A model generated the notes under the pieces. That model searched no databases. It was given only the letters and a program-made list of their open reading frames with translations, and was not told the DNA's origin. Positions 1-12,762 of a stretch of DNA of 64,000 bases are shown in pieces. The stretch covers positions 300,886,001 to 300,950,000 of the forward strand of contig OZ024743.1 of assembly GCA_964016885.1 (NCBI GenBank), written 5' to 3'. Position numbers and translations under genes: made by a program. The DNA comes from Eledone cirrhosa (lineage: Eukaryota). Every line of letters begins with the position of its first letter. Positions within the stretch are counted from its first letter, which is position 1.

Positions 1-1764
1 TAAGGAGTTTCATTGCTGCTATTACTGTACAGATCATATTGCAACTAATTATAGTGTTGCTGTAATTTGTATTTATTATGACGCCAGAACAATTAAAAAA
101 CGCCATATGTAACAAAAAGATATTAAACAGAGTTGTTTCTATGCTATTTGGACTCCGGGTGTAAACTGCTGTACCGCATATTCTCCACTCTAAAACAGAA
201 TTTAAAATAAATTGATGTTGTCTATTTATGGATTAGTCAAGACTAAGGTTTGGAGATCTGAGACATCAAAGAGAGGTGAGAAAGGTGCGGATGATTGCAT
301 TATTATTCATATTAAACATTTGAAAATCGATGAATCCTGGAAATCGCAAGGAATAAAGAATATTTACCACGGTTTTGTTTTTTCTGTAGATTTAAGTTTT
401 GTATTATGTAGAAGATAATGTATGACTAACCAAAGTGGATAGAATAATAAATCGGAAATCATATGAGAATACACATGTTTGTGGGACTACTTCAATAGGT
501 GTTGGAAGGAAAGTTGGGAGAGACACTACGTCTCCGTGACAGTATTTAAATTCTAATATTGAGCGACTCCATGACATATATATCGGCTGTGTTTACTGGA
601 TGCAAACCTGAATTTGCAACATTACCGTCTCAGGTACTGAAAATGTATTCCATTGCAGATTTGACGCGAGAGGTGATGTATATTCTGTAGCGGAATATGC
701 GTTCCTGAATCAAGATAAATACCTGATGTAGTGTGAACATTTTGACGAGAGAATGAGCACTGGATAGGGCACCGTATCGTTTAGGTTAATGGAAGAGATG
801 TGGTCAGAAATGCTACAAACCATAATTGTATGTGAATATAAACCCATTCCGTTTCGTGACTTCAAACATTTTATATAAAGGACGGCTTGGATACAAGATT
901 TAGTGTTCATGGTTTGGTCGTGGAAAAATCGGGATGCCTTGCAATGCGAATAATCATTGACCATTACGTGTAAAGAAGATTGAAAATGTTTCTGTGTCTC
1001 GTCTCAGATGTGTATTTGTATGTGTCGCGTGTGTGTTTTGCGAGTATGTGGTTGTGACCGTGAGAAAATGTCTGTGAATTGTATTTTGAAATCTCTATAA
1101 ATATTAACATATAGTCTATGGTGATATATACTACGAATAAATGCTTAGGTTGCTGTAATATATGTGCTGTTAAAGATCTAAGCTTACAGAAATTATAATT
1201 TTCTCACCAAATTTTGAAATCGAGATACCATTGATTATATGTTTTAAAACTAAAGTATAAAGTAATAACAGGAAACCTACAACAAATAACGAATTATTTA
1301 TACTGAGAGTTAGGAAGATTAACCACTAGGAATCGTCAATTAGTCATTTTCGTTTTATTCTATGATAGGCGTATTGCAAGATCTCAATGTACAAATAGTA
1401 ACAAGCAACACAAATAATATTACGTTCACCATCCTCATATACCTTTAAATGGACAACGCGCTTTTCAATGTTTGAGATCTAAGATTATATGGAATTGCGT
1501 GTCACGAAAATTACACCTTTGTGTAAGCCAGAAATAGTACATTTAAAACGTCAGCGTTTTCTTAGTGTTCGTAGAGGAGCTAATGAATTTTATCACTCCA
1601 AGGCAAAACGAATTCGAGACAATATACACACGTGACAAAAATGTTGATAGTCATTTCACACCTTATCTTTTTAGCATGCTGCACGAAAGATCACTTTTTA
1701 CCAGAACAGAAAGATAGTGTTGGTATTTGCGGATCCAGTAATTATATATACATACATACACAGA

Positions 1765-1807
<43 letters not shown>

Positions 1808-1813
<6 letters not shown>

Positions 1814-2814
1814 AATGAATAATAACAGGTAGACACCATAAAAAGGTAATTTATTCCGTGTGCTTACAAATGTTTCCACGGTGGTAATACAGCCTAGTTA
1901 TGCTATGTGCAAATTTACAACTAAATCCCAAAATAAACTACTTAACGATAGAATCGAACGATCATTATACTGCAACCACAAACTAAAAGCTAAATTCTCT
2001 CACTATAAAATAACTTAACATTCGAACCCGTAACTATAACATCGCTTTCTAGCTAACCACCTTCTCTTCCCCCACACTACAAGACAATACGCTGCTTATC
2101 ACTATAAATTGTAACTCAGTACAATTCGCAGATTACAACTACGAACCCAAAGTTCACCCACCCCATAGACTTCGTCTGTCCCCTCTCTATCTCTCCCTCT
2201 ATATCCATTCCACTCTCTCTCTCTCGCCTTTGGTCTACCTTCCTCTCTCCCTCTCCACATCTATGAACCTGCCCTCTAGGGCAATAAATAATTACAACCT
2301 TGACTATCAACGCATCTCTCTAAAAGTAACCAGTATAATAAAACCCCTACCATAACATTTTGATTAAGATATCTACAAACCACTCTCTCCTATTTCTCCA
2401 ACCCCTGCATATCTTTCTCTCTCTCTCCCTCTCCCATACTTTTCTCTCTTCCTTTTCTACTCTATCTTCTCCAATAACCTCACTTAAGGGTATTTACATT
2501 GTACATTTTAACCATTCTGCTCTGATAATACAGTGGTCACAGCATTTGTTATTTGAGTTCTGCAAATAGTTGTAAATTTGCACATAGCATAACCAGGCTG
2601 TATTACCACCGTGGAAACATTTGTAAGCACACGGAATAAATTACCTTTTCATGATGTCTACCTGTTATTATTCATTCTTTATCTACACTCCGGAATACAA
2701 AAGGATCAGGAACTAAGTTTCTTCAACAATTCTTCCATAACTCGTTGAGTAACCTCTCACCGTACGTCAACCATATCCAGTGTAGTAATTAACCATTACT
2801 ACATCTAGGATAAT

Positions 2815-2817
<3 letters not shown>
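1808..2817 (+). mobile_element. Non-coding PLE 3' module between (TA)n tracts: inverted partial pLTR + CT-rich body + pLTR with HHR + ~135 nt tail
   Basis: 1808-1923 is the reverse complement of 2567-2682 with a few mismatches. (TA)n lies on both sides. An HHR and AATAAA (2635-2640) sit in the right arm. An inverted pLTR plus unpaired tail is the known PLE insertion layout. Confidence 0.75.
2518..2629 (+). ncRNA. Type I hammerhead-like motif with ~85 nt extended stem II
   Basis: TGCT-CTGATAA-[TACAGTGGT...ACCACCGTG]-GAAA-CATTTG-TA-AGCA. Inner helices ACAGC/GCTGT, GTTAT/ATAAC, TGCAAAT/ATTTGCA. Core has G8->A, so it may be decayed. Confidence 0.65.
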
Positions 2818-2904
<87 letters not shown>

Positions 2905-2918
2905 GAGGATAGAGCGAG

Positions 2919-2955
<37 letters not shown>

Positions 2956-2962
2956 TAGAGAG
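2818..2962. repeat. Compound (TA)n/(GA)n microsatellite
   Basis: Direct reading. Confidence 0.95.
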
Positions 2963-4553
2963 AACAGCAAATGTTTGTTGCTATTTACATAACCACCTAC
3001 AAACCGGCGTTAATATATATCTCACCCTCTCTCATATATATATATATACTGGAAAAAGATGAAATCGAAAATGCAACTGGAGTCTTTTTTTATAAAAATA
3101 TATTTATTTGGTTCCTTTACGGGTTTCGCAGTTCTTCTGCTTTTCAAATGTGCAATTGAGAAGGAGGGTTTGTGGTTTTTCTCACATCTACATTCAGCGT
3201 AAAGTTTGATGCCGTATTGCCATCCACTTGTCCATCTAATATAGTGCTAGATTCAGTACATTTAGAATTGTTTTATAATTACTTTTTCTGATCCAAATGA
3301 TTATTTAAACGAGGAAAATAATAATATACATCATCTACTATGAACGAACATATTTCGAAACGAATACACACGTTTCGCTATTTACTATTTCATTAACGCC
3401 TAGTTTTCAACCACATACTCTGAACTATTTTCGAAAAGAAAACGGTTAAACAGTGACATGAACTCGGTAAATTATAGTGGGGATATACCTACGAGAAGGT
3501 TTTCCTTTTAAACGAAATCTAAAGCACAAAGCTTAAATGCTACACCGTAACATATGGTCACTGCCATCCTGTATCATCACGTAAACTTAAATATAACTTT
3601 CCACGCATAATATATCACGCTAAAATAAAGTAGATTCTATTTTTTTGATTTTCACTTGAAAATATGACGATATTAATTTAAATGTTATCAGTGATATACA
3701 TTTTCTTAACTGAATAATTTGAAAGAGAAAATATATAGATTAAAATATTTGCTACCTCACTGAAAACCCGGAACTGGTTTAATAGCATAAATGTTGCATG
3801 CAATTTAATATTAAAATGATACTTTTAAAATTCTTTAGTTTCTTGGAAATATATTAATTTAACTTTATTGTTGATATCAGATTTAGTGTATCAAAGCCGA
3901 GAAATACAATGCCTTTTCTATTAATAATCACCCCGCTGGAATGAGTTCTGTATGCGCATCTGCCATTCATATTAAATTATATTTTTAATGCTATAGTAAT
4001 ACATTATTTATCGCTTGTACCCTGAAAATATGGAGCAACTAGCAGAAACTACAATTTCTACAAGCTTTATCCAGCAATGGCTGTGAAGATAAATAAGTAG
4101 GATACATATGATTGGACGCTTTGGTGCCTCTCTTCCTGTTTGTGAAGTGAGAGGGAATGTATGATTATACACAAAGGGATAGAGGATAATAAGGAAATAC
4201 TGAGAAAAGCTGATAAAGAGCACAAAACGCAGCGAAAAATATATGCTCAATGTACACATATAAATTGGATAGATGAAATAATGAAAGACGTACACAATGT
4301 TATTGCTCTCTACCCTAAGGGCTCTGTTGTTCCACTAATGAGGTCGACGCTACAAAATCTAACATATATCAACGCACACACACGCACACACACACACACA
4401 CATGGAAACACACACATAAACACACATTTAGTTATCAATAAACATATAAACACAAATATATACATTGAAAAGCGAATCTTCAAGTATATACATTTGTGTA
4501 TGTTATCGTGCATGGTGCTACACGCGCAAATATGTGCATACATTCATACAACT

Positions 4554-4826
4554 GCATAGCCACACACACACATGCATAAATACACACACACACACACACA
4601 CAAACATATAAATAAATAAAATAAATATATATATATATTTATTAATATATATATATAGAGAGAGAGATATATTTATTAATTATGTATATATATAGATATT
4701 TAGTAACATATGTATATATATATAGATAGATATATATTTAGTAATATATATATATATATATATAGATATATATGTAAGTATGTATGTATACGTACATACA
4801 TATATGTATACAGACATACAGTAGCA

Positions 4827-4874
<48 letters not shown>

Positions 4875-5165
4875 CAGGTACACATACATATACGTACGCA
4901 TCAGTTTAGCCGTTAATTTTCATAAGGGAAGTATATACTTTCGAACGTTCCACTATCTGGCAGATGGGTATACGGTGCTGATGATAGCTAACAAGCTTGA
5001 AACTAGTACATCGTTCCTGTGTCAGTGTTGAACAAAAAGGTGACGTGGTTGCCTTAACACCGTGCGGCATGAATTCAGGCTGTTCAGTTTGTTTACAAAC
5101 GAACAAAGCGGGCGCTATAATAAGCGTCCGCTAAACTGATGCGTACATATATGTATGTGTACCTG

Positions 5166-5239
<74 letters not shown>

Positions 5240-5514
5240 TGCTACTGTACGTCTGTATACATATATGTATGTACGTATACATACATGCTTACATTTAAGT
5301 AAGTGCCGTACTAAGAGTGAGAAATGAAATTTCGTTTTCATTTTATTACAACTTATAGATATATATATATTTAGTAATATATATATATATATATATATAT
5401 ATAGATAGATATATTTATTAATATATATATATATATAGTGATATATTTATTAATATATATATATATATATATATATTAATTTATTAATATATATATATAT
5501 ATATTAATAAATTA

Positions 5515-5553
<39 letters not shown>

Positions 5554-5771
5554 TAAATAAATATCTATATATATATATATATTAATAAATATATCTATAT
5601 ATATATATATATTAATAAATATATCTAAATATATATATATATTAATAAATATATATATATATATATATTAATAAATATATCTATATATATATATATATAT
5701 ATTAATAAATATATCTATATATATATATATTAATAAATATATATATATATTTATTAATAAATTTATTTATA

Positions 5772-5802
<31 letters not shown>

Positions 5803-5835
5803 TTATACGTGTGTGTGTGTGTGTGTGTCTATGCG
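4554..5835. repeat. Nested inverted duplication of microsatellite-rich DNA around a ~220 bp HHR-bearing core
   Basis: 4775-4910 is inverted at 5130-5291. The outer 4554-4620 (GCATAG-(CA)n-ATAAATA-(CA)n) is inverted at ~5761-5835. Confidence 0.8.
4972..5014 (+). ncRNA. Minimal type I hammerhead ribozyme (canonical core)
   Basis: ACGGTG-CTGATGA-t AGCT aaca AGCT t-GAAA-CTAG-TA-CATCGT. Stem I is 6 bp, stem III is palindromic as in PLE minimal HHRs. Predicted cleavage after 5008. Confidence 0.85.
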
Positions 5836-5849
5836 TGTGTGTGTGTGTG

Positions 5850-5880
<31 letters not shown>

Positions 5881-5959
5881 TAATATATATATATATTTAT
5901 TAATTTATTAATATATGTATATATTTATATTTATTGATATTAATATATATATATATATA

Positions 5960-5998
<39 letters not shown>

Positions 5999-6054
5999 TA
6001 ATATATGTATATATATATATATATAGTTATGTAATAAACAACATAAGGCAATTA

Positions 6055-6115
6055 TTTCATTTACCAGTGGTTTCTTAAAAGCAAACAAATGTTGCTTTCA
6101 ATCATCAGAATGAAA
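6055..6115 (-). ncRNA. Type I hammerhead ribozyme in a short pLTR remnant (~6026-6215)
   Basis: Minus strand: TTTCATT-CTGATGA-TTGAAAGCAA catttgt TTGCTTTTAA-GAAA-CCACTGG-TA-AATGAAA. Stem I is 7 bp, stem II is 10 bp. Confidence 0.9.
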
Positions 6116-6517
6116 AAATCCTGGTGTATTTATTGACATTGGATTTTAAAAACAAAAATATAATCTATATGAAAGTGAGGCTGGAAAAAGAAGAAGGAAA
6201 GGAAAAATAAACACACATGCTCACACACACACAATTACATACACACACATATACATACACACATATATACTCTCACACACATATATATGTATATATATAT
6301 ATATATATATACATACACATACACATACATACATACGCACATATATATATATATATCAACATATCCATACATACACATACACACAAATACACAAACACGC
6401 ACATACACAAACACACACATTCATATATATATATATATATATATATATTATGAAGAGAGAAGAAACATTTAGATATAATTAGTAATAAAATGTATCATAC
6501 CTAGACTGTTCCTAAAT

Positions 6518-6605
6518 TCCTCGACTACGTAGTTTCGTGGCATAAACAAAAACAATATATCAAAGATATAGAGTCCTTGCGAGGTCTGCCGACTTATCAA
6601 GAGGA
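6518..6605 (-). ncRNA. Type I hammerhead ribozyme, U3-A8 variant with branched stem II
   Basis: Minus strand: TCCTC-TTGATAA-GTcGGCA...TGCCAC-GAAA-CTACGTAG-TC-GAGGA. Perfect 5-bp stem I, palindromic stem III, GUC cleavage triplet. Confidence 0.85.
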
Positions 6606-6732
6606 TACCTCATTTTACTAGTCTCAAGAACGCGTCTACACGACGTGAGAAAGAATCCCAAAAGGCGGAGCGGGAGATAGTCACGCGATATAACGGTCGA
6701 GAAACAGAGCTAATATTAATATATATATATAT

Positions 6733-8190
6733 ATATTGTTATATTTGGGGAGGGTTATATTTGTGTAATATTGCCAGAATTAATAATAGAACACACTCAC
6801 TGTTTGGTTGGCTTTCGCTTCTGTGTCTTTTATATCGGTAATCTAATTTATTCGGTCCTCAATGTTGCCATTGACTGACCAACGGTGAAAAATAATACAG
6901 ATACAATATAGACACAAACACATATATATAGTTTATCAAAGTTCTTTCGTGGCACATCTGCAACATCGTCAGTCGTGCTATAGTTTCATCCCGTTACATT
7001 GTATTTTCTACGCCAGCTTTATTTAGTCTGTATTTACTTGTTTATTTTATATGTATTTACTTGTTTATTTTATTTTGTCTTCTTTGCGCATGCGTTTGCG
7101 TGTGTGTATATTGTTTTGTTTGATGTGTGTTCGTGATTGGGTGATTGTGTATTGGTTAATGTATTCTATCTTTACTATTGTGTGTTTATATGTGTTTGTT
7201 GTTATTGTGCTTGTGTATGTATTTATTTATTTATCTATTTATTTATGTATACTTCTCTTAGGTCAGTGTTGTTTGTTAGAGGGTGTTGTTGTTATTCCAT
7301 TCATTCTTTCTGTTTAGCCTTGGTCTTCTATGCTCTATTTCACTCGACTCTCTGATTTGCCCATCTGCTGGGTCATTTCTATGTTTAGATATTATTCTAA
7401 TTTCTATGTTGTCTATGTTACCGTCGTGTTGTTGTCTGGCATGTTCGTATATTACTGACCCGTTTTTTCGTCCTTTTAGTTCCCCCCAGTGTTGGTCTAT
7501 CCTTTCACCTATGCTACGAGCTGTCTAGCCTATGTATGTTGTTGTTATTTTTCTGCAAATACCCTCTACTACGATTATAGTTTTACAGTTTATCCGGGGG
7601 TTTACCTTACATATGATACATTTCCTATTAGTACAGTGGGTTTTCTTAAAATGGTAGGTTTTGCTGATCAGGGATTTTATGGTGGTTCCTGGCTTTTCTA
7701 CCACCTTAATCTTTAAGTGGGTCTTTCTCAGGGCCTTTCTACACTGGTTAGCTAACTTCCCTCCAGGGGTAGCGTCCACAAACACGACACTCTGGTATCT
7801 CTGGTTGTCGTACCATGAGGTGGCTTTCCCTATCTTATGTCTAGCCCTATCTAAGTTATTCCATGATTTGCTCCTGTATAATGGGCAAATTCCTTTCATG
7901 TCCAGTTGTATGAGGGTCTTATACTTCTCCATGGCTCCTTCGTATACTCTGACTCTGTCTCTTTGGTTGTAGTCAGAGAGCTGCATTCGGTTGATGAAGT
8001 GTTGGATGTGTCTTTCCATTTCTGTTGGGTCCCACATGCGGGACACATTCTTCATCACTCGTACCAAATCTGCGATCAGAATCTTAAACTTAGCACTACT
8101 GGACATTGCTGAGTTTTTGAGTATCAGGTATTTGGTGGCCACGGGTTTAGCATAGTGTGAGTGGAGAATTTGGGCTCTCTCGTCTATAGT
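6733..8190 (-). mobile_element. 5'-truncated Neptune-like PLE (RT thumb + GIY-YIG, 3' UTR, pLTR), pseudogenised
   Basis: ORF 7525-8142 (ILIADLVRV, PLYRSKSW, CTNRKCIIC, ...TYIG) continues past a TAG as TARSIGERIDQH...LNRKNEW to ~7276. The element ends CCCTCCCCAAATATAACAATAT-(AT)n. Confidence 0.85.
6936..6975 (-). ncRNA. Minimal HHR in the pLTR of the left Neptune-like copy (stem I decayed)
   Basis: Minus strand: CTGACGA-t-GTTGCAGATGTGCCAC-GAAA-GAAC-TT-TGA; homologous to 9408-9450. Confidence 0.6.
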
Positions 8191-8191
8191 C

Positions 8192-9599
8192 CAATAGTAT
8201 TAGAGTTACTATAGACTACCCAAATAAACACCCCAACCATTGATTACCTGTACTAGACACAGAGCTCTGGTTAGATACCATTAATAACAAAAAACGAATC
8301 CTCCATTCCCATCATCCCAAACCCATGACTTCCAAATATCTGATGCACCGAAACTCAGCTGTTTCGGACCATACCAAAATCAAGATACTGATTGCGGATT
8401 TGGTACGGGTGATAAGAAACGTATCCCGCATGTGCAACCCCGAAGAACTAGAGAGACACATACAACACTTCATCCACCGTATGCAGTTCTCTGGTTACAA
8501 TCAGAGAGATAAAATCAGAGTGTATAGAGGAGCCAGAACCAAATGTGAAAAAATGGTAAATAATGACACAAATGAACCTGCTCCTTGTATAGGAGCAAAT
8601 TTTGGAATAGAATAGAAATAACTAGGAATAAGGCTAATATAATAAACTTATGGTATGATAGCAATAAATACCAGAGTGTAATGTTCATCGATACAACCAC
8701 TAGAGGTGAATTAGCTTACAAATTTAGAAGGGCCCTAGATAAACATAAACTCAATATTAAGATAGTAGAAAGAGCAGGTACCTCCGTAAAAACACTTATT
8801 AGCAAGTCATACCCTTTTCAAAGACCCCCTGTATAGATCAGAAATGTATAACCTGTAAATTAGGCCCCCATATTAACTGTAAAACTAGAAATGTATTATA
8901 AAGCATAAGATGTACTGAAGGACAATGTAGAGACAAAAATATAGTGTACATAGGCGAGACAGCTCGTAGTGTAGGGGAACGGATAAATGAACACTGGCGA
9001 GACCTTCATGATAGTAAAGAATCATCTGTACTCTACCAGCATGCTAAAATAGAACATAAGGGTAAATTAGAGAACATAGAAATAAAAATAGAATCTACAC
9101 ACATAAAAGATGCAATGTTTAGACAAATCACAGAGGCAATAAACATAAAAGAATTACAACCAAAATTAAATAGAAAACATGAGTGGAACAGCAACATCAC
9201 GACTTACAATTAAGGACAACATGAAAACACACACGCACATAGAACAGACAACCAACATGTAACATGTAAACAAACAAATAAACGAATATAAACACACACA
9301 GACACCCGGATGTGGCGCATGCGCAGACTGAGCACACAACACACACAGAAACAAGATGGCGTAGGACAGAACAAAGGAGAGGCACAAAAACAAAGAAAAA
9401 ATACCCAGTCACTGAATAGGTCACATAATGTGTGACGAAAGAACTTTGACAATATATAAACAACCATCTGGTTGTGGAACCAACCAACCAACCGGAAATT
9501 TATAAATTCCTGAATTTATAAATTCATAATAAATTGAAGTGAAAGCAACTGTTGTGTGGTTTCTTATTGGCAACATGACCCTCCCAAAGAATAACAATA
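8192..9599 (+). mobile_element. 5'-truncated Neptune-like PLE (second subfamily), frameshifted
   Basis: SIRVTIDYPNKH...LPVLDTELW followed by ORFs 8325-8615, 8585-8836 and 8944-9213 (YIGETARSVGERINEH...RQITEA..I...LNRKHEW, GIY-YIG). Ends CCCTCCCAAAGAATAACAATAT-(AT)n. Confidence 0.85.
9408..9450 (+). ncRNA. Minimal HHR in the pLTR of the right Neptune-like copy (G8 mutated)
   Basis: GTCA-CTGAATA-g-GTCACA taatg TGTGAC-GAAA-GAAC-TT-TGAC. Confidence 0.65.
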
Positions 9600-9699
9600 T
9601 ATATATATATATTAATATATATATATATATATATTAATATATATATATAAATATATTAATATATATATATATATATATTAATATATATATATATATATA

Positions 9700-9735
<36 letters not shown>

Positions 9736-9856
9736 AGGTGAGTTTTATTGTAGTACAATAAAGCAATGCAGATATCGGATAAGAAGCACTCTACAGTTTG
9801 TGGGACTGGAGTATGCATAATATAAGATCAAAAGATGGTTAAAGGAGTTCAATATA

Positions 9857-9923
9857 TTTTATTATGCGCATTTCAAAAACAAACACCATCAAACAATAAT
9901 ATCTGTGTTTTCATCAGATAAAA
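9857..9923 (-). ncRNA. Type I HHR (mirror copy of 11969-12035)
   Basis: Minus strand: TTTTAT-CTGATGA-...-GAAA-TGCGCA-TA-ATAAAA. Confidence 0.8.
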
Positions 9924-11968
9924 CAGGAGAACATGATATGAAGGCTAAAAAAAACACTTGTTGATAGTGCAGTTTTAAATCAACATATGAAAAGTGGTTT
10001 TAGATTGATGTGTGATATTGGGAAAAATATTTTATTTAGAGAGGGGGGGAGAGAAAAGGATGAAAAGGGAAGGAGATGAGAGGGAGAGATGGGTGATAGA
10101 GAGAAAGAGATAGTTTTTATAACAGAGAGGAGATATATTTTATATAGAGGGGTTGAAAACCGTTGGAAGATACTGTATAAATTAAAAATTTTGAAAATTA
10201 ACGAAGGGAGGATATGTGCGAGGAAAAAATATATTATATTTAGGGAGGGTTGGGGGTGGAAAGGATGAAAAAAAGGGGAGGAGATGAGAGTGAAGGTGGA
10301 AAGGGAGAGATGGGTGATAGAGAGAAAGAGATAGTTTTTATAACTGAGAAAAAGATATAATGTTTTAATATAGAGAGGTTGGGAACCGTTGGAAGATAAT
10401 GTATAAATTAAAGGAATTTGAAAATTAAATTAAAGGAATTTGAAAATTAACGAAGGGAAATTATGTATGGAGATAGAGAGAAAAAAATAACGAAGGGAGA
10501 TTATGTATGGAGATAGAGAAAAAAAAAAAAAAAATAATAATTGTGGGTGAATATTCAAAAGGAGAAATGTAGGAATTTTAAAAATAGCAAAGAGAAAAAG
10601 TTTATGTATAGGATTTGAGAAAAATAATGTGAAGTTAAAGTTTTTATATTGAATTCATATGTATTAATAATGAGTTCGTTGATGGGGAGAAAAAAAGTAT
10701 ACAGTTAATATTCAATTCTTTATCAATTTAGAATCTTTTCTCAAAGGCACATATACATACACCTCTTTAAAATATACCCATCTACCTTACTTTAAAGGGC
10801 ATTATACACTCTATAGTACTCGTTTACTCATTTACCTCATCCTATCTTCTCGTAAAACAATAACATTTGTTTTTGACATTTTGAATATTCATCCGCAATC
10901 ATTATTATTTTTTTTTCCCTCTATCATAAATCTTTTTAATCTCAATTTCATCCTTAATTTATTATTATATATTTTTTTTAATATATACTCATATATTCTT
11001 TAAAATATACCCATCTACCTTACTTTAAAGGGCATTATACACTCTATAATACCCGTTTACTCATCACCCTCATTATATCTCCTCGTAAAACAATAACATT
11101 TGTTTTTGACATTTTGAGTATTCATCCGCAATCATTATTATTTTTTCTCTCTATCATAAATCTTTTTAATCTCAATTTCATCCTTAATTTATTATTATTT
11201 TTTTCTCCCCATCAACGAACTCATTATTAATACATATGAATTCAATATAAAAACTTTAACTTCACATTATTTTTCTCAAATCCTATACATAAACTTTTTC
11301 TCTTTGCTATTTTTAAAATTCCTACATTTCTCCTTTTGAATATTCACCCACAATTATTATTTTTTTTTTTTCTCTCTATCTCCATACATAATCTCCCTTC
11401 GTTATTTTTTTCTCTCTATCTCCATACATAATTTCCCTTCGTTAATTTTCAAATTCCTTTAATTTAATTTTCAAATTCCTTTAATTTATACATTATCTTC
11501 CAACGGTTCCCAACCTCTCTATATTAAAACATTATATCTTTTTCTCAGTTATAAAAACTATCTCTTTCTCTCTATCACCCATCTCTCCCTTTCCACCTTC
11601 ACTCTCATCTCCTCCCCTTTTTTTCATCCTTTCCACCCCCAACCCTCCCTAAATATAATATATTTTTTCCTCGCACATATCCTCCCTTCGTTAATTTTCA
11701 AAATTTTTAATTTATACAGTATCTTCCAACGGTTTTCAACCCCTCTATATAAAATATATCTCCTCTCTGTTATAAAAACTATCTCTTTCTCTCTATCACC
11801 CATCTCTCCCTCTCATCTCCTTCCCTTTTCATCCTTTTCTCTCCCCCCCTCTCTAAATAAAATATTTTTCCCAATATCACACATCAATCTAAAACCACTT
11901 TTCATATGTTGATTTAAAACTGCACTATCAACAAGTGTTTTTTTTAGCCTTCATATCATGTTCTCCTG

Positions 11969-12035
11969 TTTTATCTGATGAAAACACAGATATTATTGTT
12001 TGATGATGTTTGTTTTTGAAATGCGCATAATAAAA
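11969..12035 (+). ncRNA. Type I HHR with canonical core
   Basis: TTTTAT-CTGATGA-AAACACAGATATT...TGTTTGTTTTT-GAAA-TGCGCA-TA-ATAAAA. Palindromic stem III; stem I overlaps AATAAA. Confidence 0.8.
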
Positions 12036-12067
12036 TATATTGAACTCCTTTAACCCTCTTTTGATCT

Positions 12068-12132
<65 letters not shown>

Positions 12133-12153
12133 TATATATATATATAAATATAT

Positions 12154-12185
<32 letters not shown>

Positions 12186-12321
12186 TAATATATATATATA
12201 TATAAACGTTTGAATATGTGTAATAAGGCCGAAACAATGCAGGTATGGACATAGAAAACAGAATGCAATAGTGAAAGATATAGATGAGAATTCGTCTTTC
12301 ACCTTGAATTTATTTAAATGT

Positions 12322-12357
12322 CCTTAATATTTCGATATAATATCTCTTCTTCGGAGG
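12322..12357 (-). ncRNA. Minimal HHR variant (U4C) in PLE pLTR
   Basis: Minus strand: CCT-CCGAAGA-a-GAGATATTATATC-GAAA-TAT-TA-AGG. The homolog at ~18646-18682 has a perfect GAGATA/TATCTC stem II. Confidence 0.6.
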
Positions 12358-12762
12358 GAAGTAAAGGTCTCAAACCAGCGTCTTTAAATCTCTAGCCAAG
12401 CCATGCTGACCGGAAATAGTATAGAGTATCAGTTCTAACTCTAATATCAAAGAATTAAAATTAGGTGGATAAAGAGTAGTCTCCCTTTAAGAGGGGTTTG
12501 TTTAGGTTTTTTTTGGTTTTTTTTAAATTTTATATACGTGCCTGTATATGTGTGTGGGAGAATGTATGAAGGTATAGGTATGTGAGTGTGTGTGTGTGAG
12601 TGTGGGAAGATAGGTCTAATCGTAAAAGCGGGGGGTAGGTGTTATCTGGTGTTAGAACTGGTTTTGTGTGTGTATGGGTGAGAGAGAATAAGTGGAGGTG
12701 TAAGCGTGTGTGTGTGCGCGTGCGTGTGTGTGGGGTGTGTAAAAATGGGGCTAGAGGCCCTA

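Larger units (their letters stand above)
9733..12075. mobile_element. Fold-back non-coding PLE module: ~880 bp inverted arms, ~84 bp tail, spacer with ~230 bp tandem duplication
   Basis: 9817-10696 is a near-perfect reverse complement of 11198-12075. Tail at 9733-9816. Spacer repeat ~10765-10968 vs ~10998-11200. (TA)n on both flanks. Confidence 0.85.

Noticed and set aside
4161-4559. 132 aa ORF
   Set aside because: The second half is (CA)n-derived and the first half is at best a decayed LINE tail (NWIDEIMKD).
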